A stretch of DNA of 43,250 bases from Candidatus Saccharimonadales bacterium (lineage in GTDB: Bacteria; Patescibacteriota; Saccharimonadia; Saccharimonadales; 2-12-FULL-41-12): positions 1 through 43,250 of the forward strand of contig JAYRJB010000014.1 of assembly GCA_041906505.1 (NCBI GenBank), written 5' to 3'. The position numbers and the translations under genes are program-made. A model generated the notes under the pieces. The model saw only the letters and a list, made by a program, of their open reading frames with translations. It did no database searches and had not been told where the DNA came from. This document shows positions 35,892 to 43,250 of this stretch, one piece after another; within the stretch, counting starts at the first letter, position 1; every line of letters starts with the position of its first letter.

Positions 35892-37012
35892 AGGACAAGG
35901 TAATGATTGGCTCAATGCCCACATTTTCGGTATCAGAATTTGTTTCGGTATTTAATCAGTCGCTAGAAATTGCCTTTCCTTTTGTGGGGGTATGCGGAGA
36001 GTTATCCAACTTTCGAGTGAGCAAAGGCGCCTGGGTTTATTTTGACCTTAAGGACGAGCATTCTAGTGTAAAATTTTTTGGCTCAATACGAGTACTTCCA
36101 GGTCCCTTGCAGGAAGGGATGAACCTAGAGGTTGTCGGTCGGCCCTATCTACACCCAAAGTTTGGGTTTTCGATCCAAATCAACGCCTTGCGTCCGGTGG
36201 GTGAGGGGACAATAAAAAAGGCTCACGATCTTTTGGAGAAAAAATTAAGGTCTGAAGGGCTGTTTGACGTTGCCCGAAAACGAACCTTACCGTACCCACC
36301 GACAAAGATTGGACTCATTACATCGGCTGAATCAGCAGGGTACAGTGATTTTATGAAAGTGGCTGCGGCGAGGTGGCCAATGCTTCACGTTGTGTTGTTT
36401 GATGTGCTGGTACAGGGGCAAGAGGCACCGCGTCAGATAATTACAGCCATTGAAGAAGCAAATCAGTACGTTGGTCTCGACGTTTTGGTGCTTGTACGAG
36501 GCGGGGGAGCCACCGATGACTTACACGCGTTCAGTCACGAACAGGTCGTACGTGCCGTTGCAGCGAGTCGACTTCCAACTTTAGTAGGAGTTGGTCACGA
36601 GAGAGACGTTGCACTGTCAGAATTAGCGGCTGATAAGCGGGCCAGCACCCCGAGTAACGCAGCAGAGCTCCTTGTGCCGAGTCAACAGCACGAACAGCAA
36701 GCTTTAAGTCAAATAAAGGCACAGCTTAGGCAAATAGTCGTCCAAAAATTTGAGATGGAATTTGCTGAACTAAAAAACATTGATGCCAAAATTTCTTTGC
36801 GCGTTCAACACCTGCTTAAAATGGAGCGGGATGAACTTCAGCACTTACGTGAACTGGTTTCTGTGCTCGACCCAAAACAACTTCTGAAACGAGGCTATGT
36901 GCTCGCAATTTCCGATGGTGGCGAGATCATTCGGTCTGCCAAAACGGCTCGGGTTGCAAAACAATTTTCGCTGCGTTTTTGTGATGCTGATGTGCGCGTT
37001 GGGGTACAATAA
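35888..37012 (+). CDS. xseA: Exodeoxyribonuclease VII large subunit
   Basis: GELSNF, YFDLKD, IGLITS, VQG, RGGG, VGHE.D, STPSNAAE. The real start may be ATG 35903. Confidence 0.95.
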   Translation: MKDKVMIGSMPTFSVSEFVSVFNQSLEIAFPFVGVCGELSNFRVSKGAWVYFDLKDEHSSVKFFGSIRVLPGPLQEGMNLEVVGRPYLHPKFGFSIQINALRPVGEGTIKKAHDLLEKKLRSEGLFDVARKRTLPYPPTKIGLITSAESAGYSDFMKVAAARWPMLHVVLFDVLVQGQEAPRQIITAIEEANQYVGLDVLVLVRGGGATDDLHAFSHEQVVRAVAASRLPTLVGVGHERDVALSELAADKRASTPSNAAELLVPSQQHEQQALSQIKAQLRQIVVQKFEMEFAELKNIDAKISLRVQHLLKMERDELQHLRELVSVLDPKQLLKRGYVLAISDGGEIIRSAKTARVAKQFSLRFCDADVRVGVQ

Positions 37013-37020
37013 AAACAAAT

Positions 37021-37203
37021 ATGAAACAATCGTACGGCGAAATAAAAAATAAGCTTGACCAGGTAGTTGCTGCACTACAAGAGCCAAATGTCGGTGTCGA
37101 TGAGGCAATTAAGCTTCATGCCGAAGCCAAAAAACTGATTGCCGAACTCGAGACCTACCTAAAGTCAAAAGAGACAAAAATTACTAAAGCTACAAAAAAG
37201 TGA
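37021..37203 (+). CDS. xseB: Exodeoxyribonuclease VII small subunit
   Basis: 60-aa helical ORF directly after xseA, with the pattern LDQVVAALQ...VDEAIKLH. Confidence 0.8.
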   Translation: MKQSYGEIKNKLDQVVAALQEPNVGVDEAIKLHAEAKKLIAELETYLKSKETKITKATKK

Positions 37204-37685
37204 TAATTTTAATCCTACTTTCGTGCGTTCTGCTGTTTGGTTTAGTTGTTTTTGTGGGGGCTCCGTACGTGCCAACTCTAAAAAAGCAAGCCGATACGGC
37301 GGTGGAACTGCTATCACTGGCACCTGGTGACGCAATTATTGAGTTGGGTTGCGGTGACGGAAGGGTGGTGCGTCGATTTGCCGCAGCTGGATATCGCGTG
37401 GTCGGCTACGAGTTAAATCCCATACTTGTAGTTGTTGCACGTCTGTATACATGGCGGTACAGACAGCAGGTTACCATAGTTTGGGGAGACTACTGGCACA
37501 AAGAATGGCCACCAGCAAAAGGAATGTACGTCTTCTTGCTCGAAAAATACATGCTGAAGCTCGATAAAAAACTAGAGCAATATTCTAAAATAAATGGGCC
37601 AATCAATGTAGTCAGCTATGCCTTTCAGATACCAAAGAAAAGGGCCAAGACTTCTAGGGCCGGACTTTATTTGTATAAGTACTGA
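37200..37685 (+). CDS. Membrane-anchored class I SAM-dependent methyltransferase
   Basis: N-terminal TM, GAPYVPT, ELGCGDGR, GYELNP, VVSYAF. Confidence 0.85.
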   Translation: MIILILLSCVLLFGLVVFVGAPYVPTLKKQADTAVELLSLAPGDAIIELGCGDGRVVRRFAAAGYRVVGYELNPILVVVARLYTWRYRQQVTIVWGDYWHKEWPPAKGMYVFLLEKYMLKLDKKLEQYSKINGPINVVSYAFQIPKKRAKTSRAGLYLYKY

Positions 37686-37728
37686 TGTGTCTTGCTGCTA
37701 ACACCAATACTCTGTTACCATGAGCGGT

Positions 37729-38382
37729 ATGAGTATTCAAAAAAATGATTCTGGCGCAGTGAATGCGCTATTACTTTCTTTGATATTTTCGGTGATTTTG
37801 TTATTTTCGGCTGTAGGGTTCGGGGCGTGGGCCTACTCTAGCCAACAGGACTATAAAAAGAACAGTGACGAAAAGTCAGCCAAAGCAGTCGCGATTGCTG
37901 TGAAGAAGACTCAAACTGAGAAGGATAACGAATTTTTGGAGCGAGAAAAACAGCCCCTGCGCGACTACAAGGGGCTGGCAGGGCTCGGCAGCATCTCATT
38001 TAAGTACCCCAAAACATGGAGTGCAACCAGTAAAGATTCAGATAGTGAACTTTCACTTATCATGCATCCTCTTATTGTTTCGACGAACGATAAATCGCTG
38101 TACGCACTTCGAGTAGAAGTAATAAATCAAAGCTACGATAATCTCATTAAGCAGCAAGACGGCAATGTGAAAAAAGGCGTTGTAAGCGCCCGACCGTATG
38201 CCTTACCGAAGTTGCCGAATGTTGTTGGTATCCGATTTGACGGTGCGGTGAGCAAGGATAAGAACGGATCGGTAATCTTGCTGCCAATGAGAGATAAGAC
38301 GCTCCGAATTTCAACTGAGTCGCAAGAGTTTAAGCCCGATTTTGATAAGATTATTCTTCCAGAATTTAGCTACTCTCCTTAG
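37729..38382 (+). CDS. Membrane-anchored exported protein with pilin-like N-terminus and PsbP-like region
   Basis: KNDSG|AVNALLLSL hydrophobic helix, SFKYPKTW. ATG 37729 lies 7 nt after TG-n-TACCAT. Confidence 0.6.
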   Translation: MSIQKNDSGAVNALLLSLIFSVILLFSAVGFGAWAYSSQQDYKKNSDEKSAKAVAIAVKKTQTEKDNEFLEREKQPLRDYKGLAGLGSISFKYPKTWSATSKDSDSELSLIMHPLIVSTNDKSLYALRVEVINQSYDNLIKQQDGNVKKGVVSARPYALPKLPNVVGIRFDGAVSKDKNGSVILLPMRDKTLRISTESQEFKPDFDKIILPEFSYSP

Positions 38383-38467
38383 GAATCACCGGCGTAGTTT
38401 TTGCATTCTATCAGTGCTATAATTGTCCGTAAGTAATCGGGGTACTAACCAGTTGGAAGACAGTGGT

Positions 38468-39142
38468 ATGCAGGGGGGCGTTGAGAGGGAACGCGGCCTT
38501 TTGGCATTGGCGAGGGAGCTCCAGACGTCCTTGTACTATATCGCGAGGGAAGCTGAGCTTGGCTCCAAAGATGCCCTGCAGTCAATATCCGACTCGGCCG
38601 AATACGCACTGAGGCTGATTGATAGCTATTTAATTGCTTCGCAAGTCGAGCGCGGTCAATTACATTTAAATCTTGAACCAGTCGCACTTGGCTCCATCCT
38701 GCACGACACAAAGTATGCTCTTGCGGCTTCGTTGCAGACTGACGTTCGCATTAACATTCAAAATAAAGCTTCTTTGCCAATAATGACTCAAAAAGATGTC
38801 CTGCGCAGTGCGTTGGTCGCGTCTGGTATGTTGATTGCCGAGGCCGCAACAAAAAGCAAGACACTGGAGCTCCGAAGCTTTACTACAAGGAGTGGTGATA
38901 TTGGGGCTGGGGTGTTTGCAGAAGACATTCAGCTTTCAAAGCGTGAAATCGAATACGCATTGAGCAGTTCAGAGTACCTACACATGGCACTGCCAAAGCA
39001 CAGCGATACGACTGGCATCTCGCTGAGCATCGCTCATAGTCTTTGTCGCGCACTGGGGGGAAGGTTGGAGGTCAAACAACTCGGCCAACTTACAGGCCTT
39101 TCGACGCTACTACCAAAGAGCGAGCAACTGGCAATAATGTAG
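38468..39142 (+). CDS. Degenerate histidine-kinase-like protein (no phospho-His)
   Basis: H-box-like ARELQTSL, HK-typical LEPVAL, G2-like TTGISLSIAHSLCRALGGRL. No sensor domain. Confidence 0.75.
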   Translation: MQGGVERERGLLALARELQTSLYYIAREAELGSKDALQSISDSAEYALRLIDSYLIASQVERGQLHLNLEPVALGSILHDTKYALAASLQTDVRINIQNKASLPIMTQKDVLRSALVASGMLIAEAATKSKTLELRSFTTRSGDIGAGVFAEDIQLSKREIEYALSSSEYLHMALPKHSDTTGISLSIAHSLCRALGGRLEVKQLGQLTGLSTLLPKSEQLAIM

Positions 39143-39154
39143 AGAAATGAAAAA

Positions 39155-39529
39155 TTGAAACACGTTCTTGTTGTTGAGCCTAACTCTCGAATCGCTACTG
39201 TGCTAAGTGTTGCGCTGTCAAAAAGCTACACCGTGAGCACTGCACAGAGTGCGCAAGAAGCGATTCATCTATGTGACCGCAAGTTGCCAGACCTTGTGTT
39301 GCTTGAACTCAGTATTCCGAATCAAAATGGCTTGGCTTTTCTTCACGAACTTAGATCACATAATGATTGGGCAGGTGTTCGAGTTCTAGTTCACACGAAA
39401 ATTCCAAAAGCAGAAAGTGGGTTGCGCTCAAGTCAGTGGCAGCAGCTAGGGGTCTCAGACTATCTGTATAAGCCAACAACGACCCTAGCTGATTTAGAAG
39501 AAAGAATAAAAAAAGTACTCACAAAATGA
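39155..39529 (+). CDS. Pseudo-receiver response regulator (Asp to Glu)
   Basis: VLVVEP, DLVLLEL, NGLAFL, YLYKP. Confidence 0.82.
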   Translation: MKHVLVVEPNSRIATVLSVALSKSYTVSTAQSAQEAIHLCDRKLPDLVLLELSIPNQNGLAFLHELRSHNDWAGVRVLVHTKIPKAESGLRSSQWQQLGVSDYLYKPTTTLADLEERIKKVLTK

Positions 39530-40200
39530 TACAAAAAACAGATGTTGCAATTGTGCTATCACGGACGGACTACGGTGAAAAAGATAGAATAATTACCTTT
39601 CTGGGGCAGAACGAGGGCAAGCTGAGCGTATTGGCAAAAAGCGTACGAAGCCAGAAAAGCAAACTTGCAGCTGGTTGTGAGCTCCTTAGTACATCGCAGA
39701 TTAGTTTTGTGAGTGGTAAATCTCCTCTTTTGAGACTGACTGGCTCGCGGCTACTCACGCATTACGGAGATATTGCAACTGATTTAAATAGGATGAATCA
39801 AGCCTTCGGATTTCTAAAAATAATAGGTCAAGTATGTGAGCAGGGACATGGTCAAGAGTACTATTCTGTGGTCGACACCGCTTTAATGTGTCTCAATGAG
39901 CCTGCATATGACAACGGCCTCGTCGAGGTGTGGTTTAACGTGCAAATTCTTTACAAGCACGGTGTGTTTGCTCGGGTGAAACCTGTTGGCGAAGCGACGA
40001 CGAGCAACACTTTCGCTTTTGACCATGATTTACAGCGGTTTGTGTCAAGTGAGCACGGTGAATATAGTCAAGACGATCTTAAGGTCCTACAACTATCACT
40101 CCACAGTGAAAAACCGATAAAACTAAGATCCGAGCACAACAACGATGCAATTCTAAAGCTCACAAGATTACTGATGAAAACCAATGCCTTTGGGGTATAA
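39526..40200 (+). CDS. recO: DNA repair protein RecO
   Basis: AIVLSRTDYGEKDRII, GKLSVLAKSVR, SKLAAG. Lies upstream of glyQS. Confidence 0.9.
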   Translation: MIQKTDVAIVLSRTDYGEKDRIITFLGQNEGKLSVLAKSVRSQKSKLAAGCELLSTSQISFVSGKSPLLRLTGSRLLTHYGDIATDLNRMNQAFGFLKIIGQVCEQGHGQEYYSVVDTALMCLNEPAYDNGLVEVWFNVQILYKHGVFARVKPVGEATTSNTFAFDHDLQRFVSSEHGEYSQDDLKVLQLSLHSEKPIKLRSEHNNDAILKLTRLLMKTNAFGV

Positions 40201-40209
40201 TTGCAAACA

Positions 40210-41517
40210 ATGAATCAAAAAGTTAGTCTTGAAGATATTGTTTCACTCTGCAAACGTCGGGGGTTTATTTATCAAGGATCCGAGGTCTATGGCGGCCTTA
40301 GCGGTACCTGGGACTACGGTCCACTTGGCGTGGCTCTAAAGCGCAATATTACTGATTTGTGGTGGAAGACGTTTGTTGAGGATCGAAATGACATGTATGG
40401 AGTAGACTCGGCGATTCTGATGAACGCAAAGGTTTGGCAGGCAAGTGGCCACGCAACTGGCTTTAATGATCCTATGGTGGAATGTCTGCAGTGCCACTCA
40501 AGACTTCGGCAAGACCATATTGTCGACAATAAATGCAGCGTGTGTGGGACCCCCGACAGTTTTGGAGAGCCCAGACAGTTTAATATGATGTTTAAAACCA
40601 ATATTGGTCCTGTTGAAGACGAAAATTCGATAAGTTACCTTCGGCCAGAAACAGCACAAGGGATATTCACCAACTACAAAAATATATTGGACTGTTTTTA
40701 TCCAGACTTGCCATTTGGTATTGCGCAAATTGGCAAGGCGTTTCGAAACGAGATAAGTCCCAGAGACTTTGTGTTTCGATCTCGGGAATTTGAACAGATG
40801 GAAGTCGAATATTTTGTGAATCCTAGTAGTTGGGAAACCGCTTTTGAGGACTGGCGTGCCGCTATTCACGATTTTTTGGTGCAACTTGGACTACCTAAGG
40901 GGTCCGTGCACGAGCTGGAGGTAGGAGAAGAAGACAGGGCACACTACAGTAAGCGTACAATCGATTTTGAGTTTGATTTTCCGCACAAACGCGATGAATT
41001 ACTTGGCCTGGCGTATAGAACCAACTTTGATCTGGAGAATATTCAGCGCGAATCTGGCAAAAACATGGAATATCGAACAAAAGATGGCAGAGAGTCGTTT
41101 GTGCCACACGTTATTGAACCTAGTTTTGGTGTTGAGCGAGCAGTGATGGCTGTATTAGTCAGCGCGTACCACGAAGACGAGGTGAATGGCGAGAAGCGAA
41201 TTTTTCTCAGACTACCTAAGCATTTAGCTCCCGTGAAGTACGCGGTGAGCCCACTCCTTAAGAACAAGCCGGAACTGGTAGACAAGGCTCGTGCGGTCCA
41301 CAAGCAACTCAAGGAAAAATACGGTGCGGTGATGTGGGACGATAATGGAAACATTGGCAAGCGCTATCGTCGTCAAGATGAAATCGGCACGCCGTACTGT
41401 GTGGTAATTGACTTTCAGACGCTAGAGGACGATACGGTGACCATTCGCGATCGAGATACAACTGAGCAGCAAAGAGTTTCGATTGGCAAACTTGGCGATA
41501 GATTCACAGCCGAATAA
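40210..41517 (+). CDS. glyQS: Glycine--tRNA ligase (alpha2 homodimeric type)
   Basis: CKRRGF, DYGPLG, YLRPETAQG, FRNEISPR, REFEQME, RAHYS, IEPSFG, GKRYRRQDEIGTP. Confidence 0.97.
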   Translation: MNQKVSLEDIVSLCKRRGFIYQGSEVYGGLSGTWDYGPLGVALKRNITDLWWKTFVEDRNDMYGVDSAILMNAKVWQASGHATGFNDPMVECLQCHSRLRQDHIVDNKCSVCGTPDSFGEPRQFNMMFKTNIGPVEDENSISYLRPETAQGIFTNYKNILDCFYPDLPFGIAQIGKAFRNEISPRDFVFRSREFEQMEVEYFVNPSSWETAFEDWRAAIHDFLVQLGLPKGSVHELEVGEEDRAHYSKRTIDFEFDFPHKRDELLGLAYRTNFDLENIQRESGKNMEYRTKDGRESFVPHVIEPSFGVERAVMAVLVSAYHEDEVNGEKRIFLRLPKHLAPVKYAVSPLLKNKPELVDKARAVHKQLKEKYGAVMWDDNGNIGKRYRRQDEIGTPYCVVIDFQTLEDDTVTIRDRDTTEQQRVSIGKLGDRFTAE

Positions 41518-41670
41518 CCATAGCCACTTATCATTGCGATAATTTACTGAGAAATCTACAAAAATTTCAGCAGCAGACTCGCATTTCGTCTTTGCTCGAT
41601 TCAATATAAATTTCTATTGCCGTCGGCGCACGATATTTGGTCATACGAATGCTGCTATACTGATTGTGAG

Positions 41671-42960
41671 ATGAAAAAAATCAAAAACCCAAAACGGCTG
41701 CCGGCGAATTTCTTATGGGGGGCATCAACATCAGGGCACCAAGTTGAGGGAAACCTACTAGACCAATGGACAGTCTGGGAGAAAAAAACTGCAAAAAACG
41801 CTGCGAACGGCGCACCAGAAAGACTAGGCAAGCTTCCAAGTTGGGGCTATGTGCGCAGTTCGGCTGAAGATCCGCAAAACTATATATCTGGTGAAGGCGT
41901 AGGTCACGATGCTCAATATCAAGATGATTTTGATATTCTTCGTTCTCTCAATCTGAATGCCTACAGATTTAGTATTGAATGGTCAAAGATTGAACCACGC
42001 GAGGGACAGTGGGATAGCTCCGCAATTGCACACTATAAAAAATATATTACTGAGTTGAAAAAAAGGGGGATTGAGCCATTTCCAAACTTATGGCACTGGA
42101 CTCATCCGGTTTGGTTTGAAAAAAAGGGAGGCTTTACCAGAAAGAAAAATATTAAGTACTTTGAGAGATTTGTGCAAAAGGTGAGCCAAGAATTACTAGA
42201 CGGTATCACCTATGTCGTAACCATTAATGAAGCCAATAATTTTGCAACGCTCGGCTATATAACTGCAATATGGCCTCCAGGAAAGAGAAACCCATTGCTT
42301 GGCGTCAAAGTAATGCGCAACTTGGTTACGGCTCATAAGCGATCGTATAAAGTTTTAAAACAAGATCGACCACAGCTTCTTGTGGGGGTTGCGCATAGTG
42401 TGACAGCCAATGTTCCGCAAAATCCCCATAACGTTTTTCACGTCGTTACATCAAAATTAGGCGATTATTTTTGGGACGTATGGTTTTATTCAAGAATTCG
42501 AAACCACCAAGACTATATTGGGGCGAACTTCTATATGACGAACTATTGCAGACTCCTTACGTTTAAGAATCCGAGCGCTCCCGTGAACGACCTCGGGTGG
42601 TATATGGAGCCTGCCGCAGTCGGCTATGTGGTTCGTAGATTGTGGGCTCAACACAAAAAACCAATAATTATTACTGAAAATGGGGTTGCTGATCAGAAAG
42701 ACCAGTATCGTAAGTGGTGGCTTGATCAAACGATCAACGCTCTTTTAGATGCTCATCATGATGGCGTAGAAATAGTGGGCTACTTTCACTGGAGTCTCTT
42801 AGATAATTTTGAGTGGGCTGAAGGCTACTGGCCTCGATTTGGGCTCGTAGAGGTAAACAGGCAAAAAAATATGAAAAGAACCATTCGACCGAGCGCAAAA
42901 TGGCTTGCCGCCAGGATCAAACAAGTTACTACAAATTTTTCAACTAACTCTTTAGACTAG
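41671..42960 (+). CDS. Glycoside hydrolase family 1 (beta-glucosidase-like)
   Basis: FLWGASTSGHQVEG, YRFSIEW, TINE (acid/base), ITENG (nucleophile), WSLLDNFEW. Confidence 0.95.
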   Translation: MKKIKNPKRLPANFLWGASTSGHQVEGNLLDQWTVWEKKTAKNAANGAPERLGKLPSWGYVRSSAEDPQNYISGEGVGHDAQYQDDFDILRSLNLNAYRFSIEWSKIEPREGQWDSSAIAHYKKYITELKKRGIEPFPNLWHWTHPVWFEKKGGFTRKKNIKYFERFVQKVSQELLDGITYVVTINEANNFATLGYITAIWPPGKRNPLLGVKVMRNLVTAHKRSYKVLKQDRPQLLVGVAHSVTANVPQNPHNVFHVVTSKLGDYFWDVWFYSRIRNHQDYIGANFYMTNYCRLLTFKNPSAPVNDLGWYMEPAAVGYVVRRLWAQHKKPIIITENGVADQKDQYRKWWLDQTINALLDAHHDGVEIVGYFHWSLLDNFEWAEGYWPRFGLVEVNRQKNMKRTIRPSAKWLAARIKQVTTNFSTNSLD

Positions 42961-43008
42961 CGTTGCCGCCGCCGTTCAGTACACCATATGTTGTGTATTT
43001 TGTGAAAC

Positions 43009-43017
43009 TGTGGATAA
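43009..43017 (-). promoter_or_regulatory. Perfect DnaA box (TTATCCACA)
   Basis: Plus strand reads TGTGGATAA at 43009-43017, upstream of mraZ. Confidence 0.55.
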
Positions 43018-43060
43018 CCCAGTAGTTTTTAGGGGTATTTTGTAAAAAAAACGCTTGTGC

Positions 43061-43108
43061 GTGGGTAGTAATGGGTAGTATATTGCAGTCAGTGGGTAAT
43101 CGTGGGTA
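43061..43108 (+). promoter_or_regulatory. MraZ-binding direct repeats (GTGGG[TA]) in the dcw promoter
   Basis: GTGGGTA 43061, ATGGGTA 43071, GTGGGTA 43092, GTGGGTA 43102, in about 10-bp phase. GTGGG repeats are the known MraZ operator. Confidence 0.8.
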
Positions 43109-43176
43109 GGCAAAATAGCTACCCGAAGGACACGATCAAAAATAAAAACCACTAGTAACAACAACTAATACACCAC

Positions 43177-43250
43177 ATGGCCACGGTAGACTATTTCGAA
43201 AGGAAACTCGACGACAAACGGAGGTTAACAATACCCACCGAAGTTCGAGC
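43177..43250 (+). CDS. mraZ: Transcriptional regulator MraZ, 3'-truncated by the window edge
   Basis: MATVDYFERKLDDKRRLTIPTEVR matches the MraZ DxKxR motif and follows GTGGG repeats. Confidence 0.88.
   Translation, partial: MATVDYFERKLDDKRRLTIPTEVR

Noticed and set aside
41567-41644. 25-aa minus-strand ORF ending in Cys-Cys between glyQS and GH1
   Set aside because: No SD or properly spaced -10, and no homology cue.
248-43164. Many alternative-frame and antisense ORFs in the track (e.g. 4183-4467, 5662-6081, 10501-11088, 23712-24152, 28451-28939, 33150-33410)
   Set aside because: They lie within well-supported genes on another frame or strand and show no motifs or start signals. They are shadow ORFs.
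43141-43176. AAC-rich stretch as a possible DGR template repeat
   Set aside because: Too short, not colinear with 26222-26332, and it is the A-rich mraZ leader.
1-43250. tRNA, rRNA, tmRNA, IS elements, alternative genetic code
   Set aside because: No cloverleaf, rRNA or transposase signatures were seen in the short intergenic regions. TGA acts as a stop (tsf, greA, lysS) and core genes are intact under code 11.

Overview
A gene-dense, mostly plus-strand core-chromosome window. It is most likely from a Patescibacteria/CPR bacterium, probably Saccharibacteria. That placement is inferred from short EF-Ts, alpha2-type GlyRS, INS-less ProRS, Cys-less RlmD and the lack of local biosynthetic genes. 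About 48 CDS are supported: translation (prfA, rpmE2, rpsB, tsf, frr, proS, greA, lysS, serS, hpf, prfB, rpmA, glyQS), secretion and division (secA, ftsE, ftsX, a CHAP hydrolase, an S41 protease, start of mraZ), RNA methyltransferases, DNA repair (xseA, xseB, recO, a PD-(D/E)XK nuclease), prs, pyrG, msrA, an ABC exporter, a GH1 glycosidase and several orphans. I saw no rRNA, tRNA, CRISPR array, transposase or reverse transcriptase. Main leads: (1) a divergent heliorhodopsin-like protein that keeps the retinal Lys but has a type-1-like DxxxK motif and lacks the helix-C counterion Glu; (2) an orphan gene whose 3' end looks like a DGR variable region, i.e. a candidate remote DGR target; (3) a pseudo-kinase/pseudo-receiver pair missing both phospho-accepting residues; (4) pervasive leaderless, gene-by-gene promoters; (5) two divergent promoter pairs sharing one palindromic -35; (6) MprA-box-like TCTCAG-N5-TCTCAG repeats before two envelope proteases. 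All assignments come from reading motifs by eye, and no database searches were run. Several starts were moved from the ORF track where promoter or SD evidence favours a downstream ATG.
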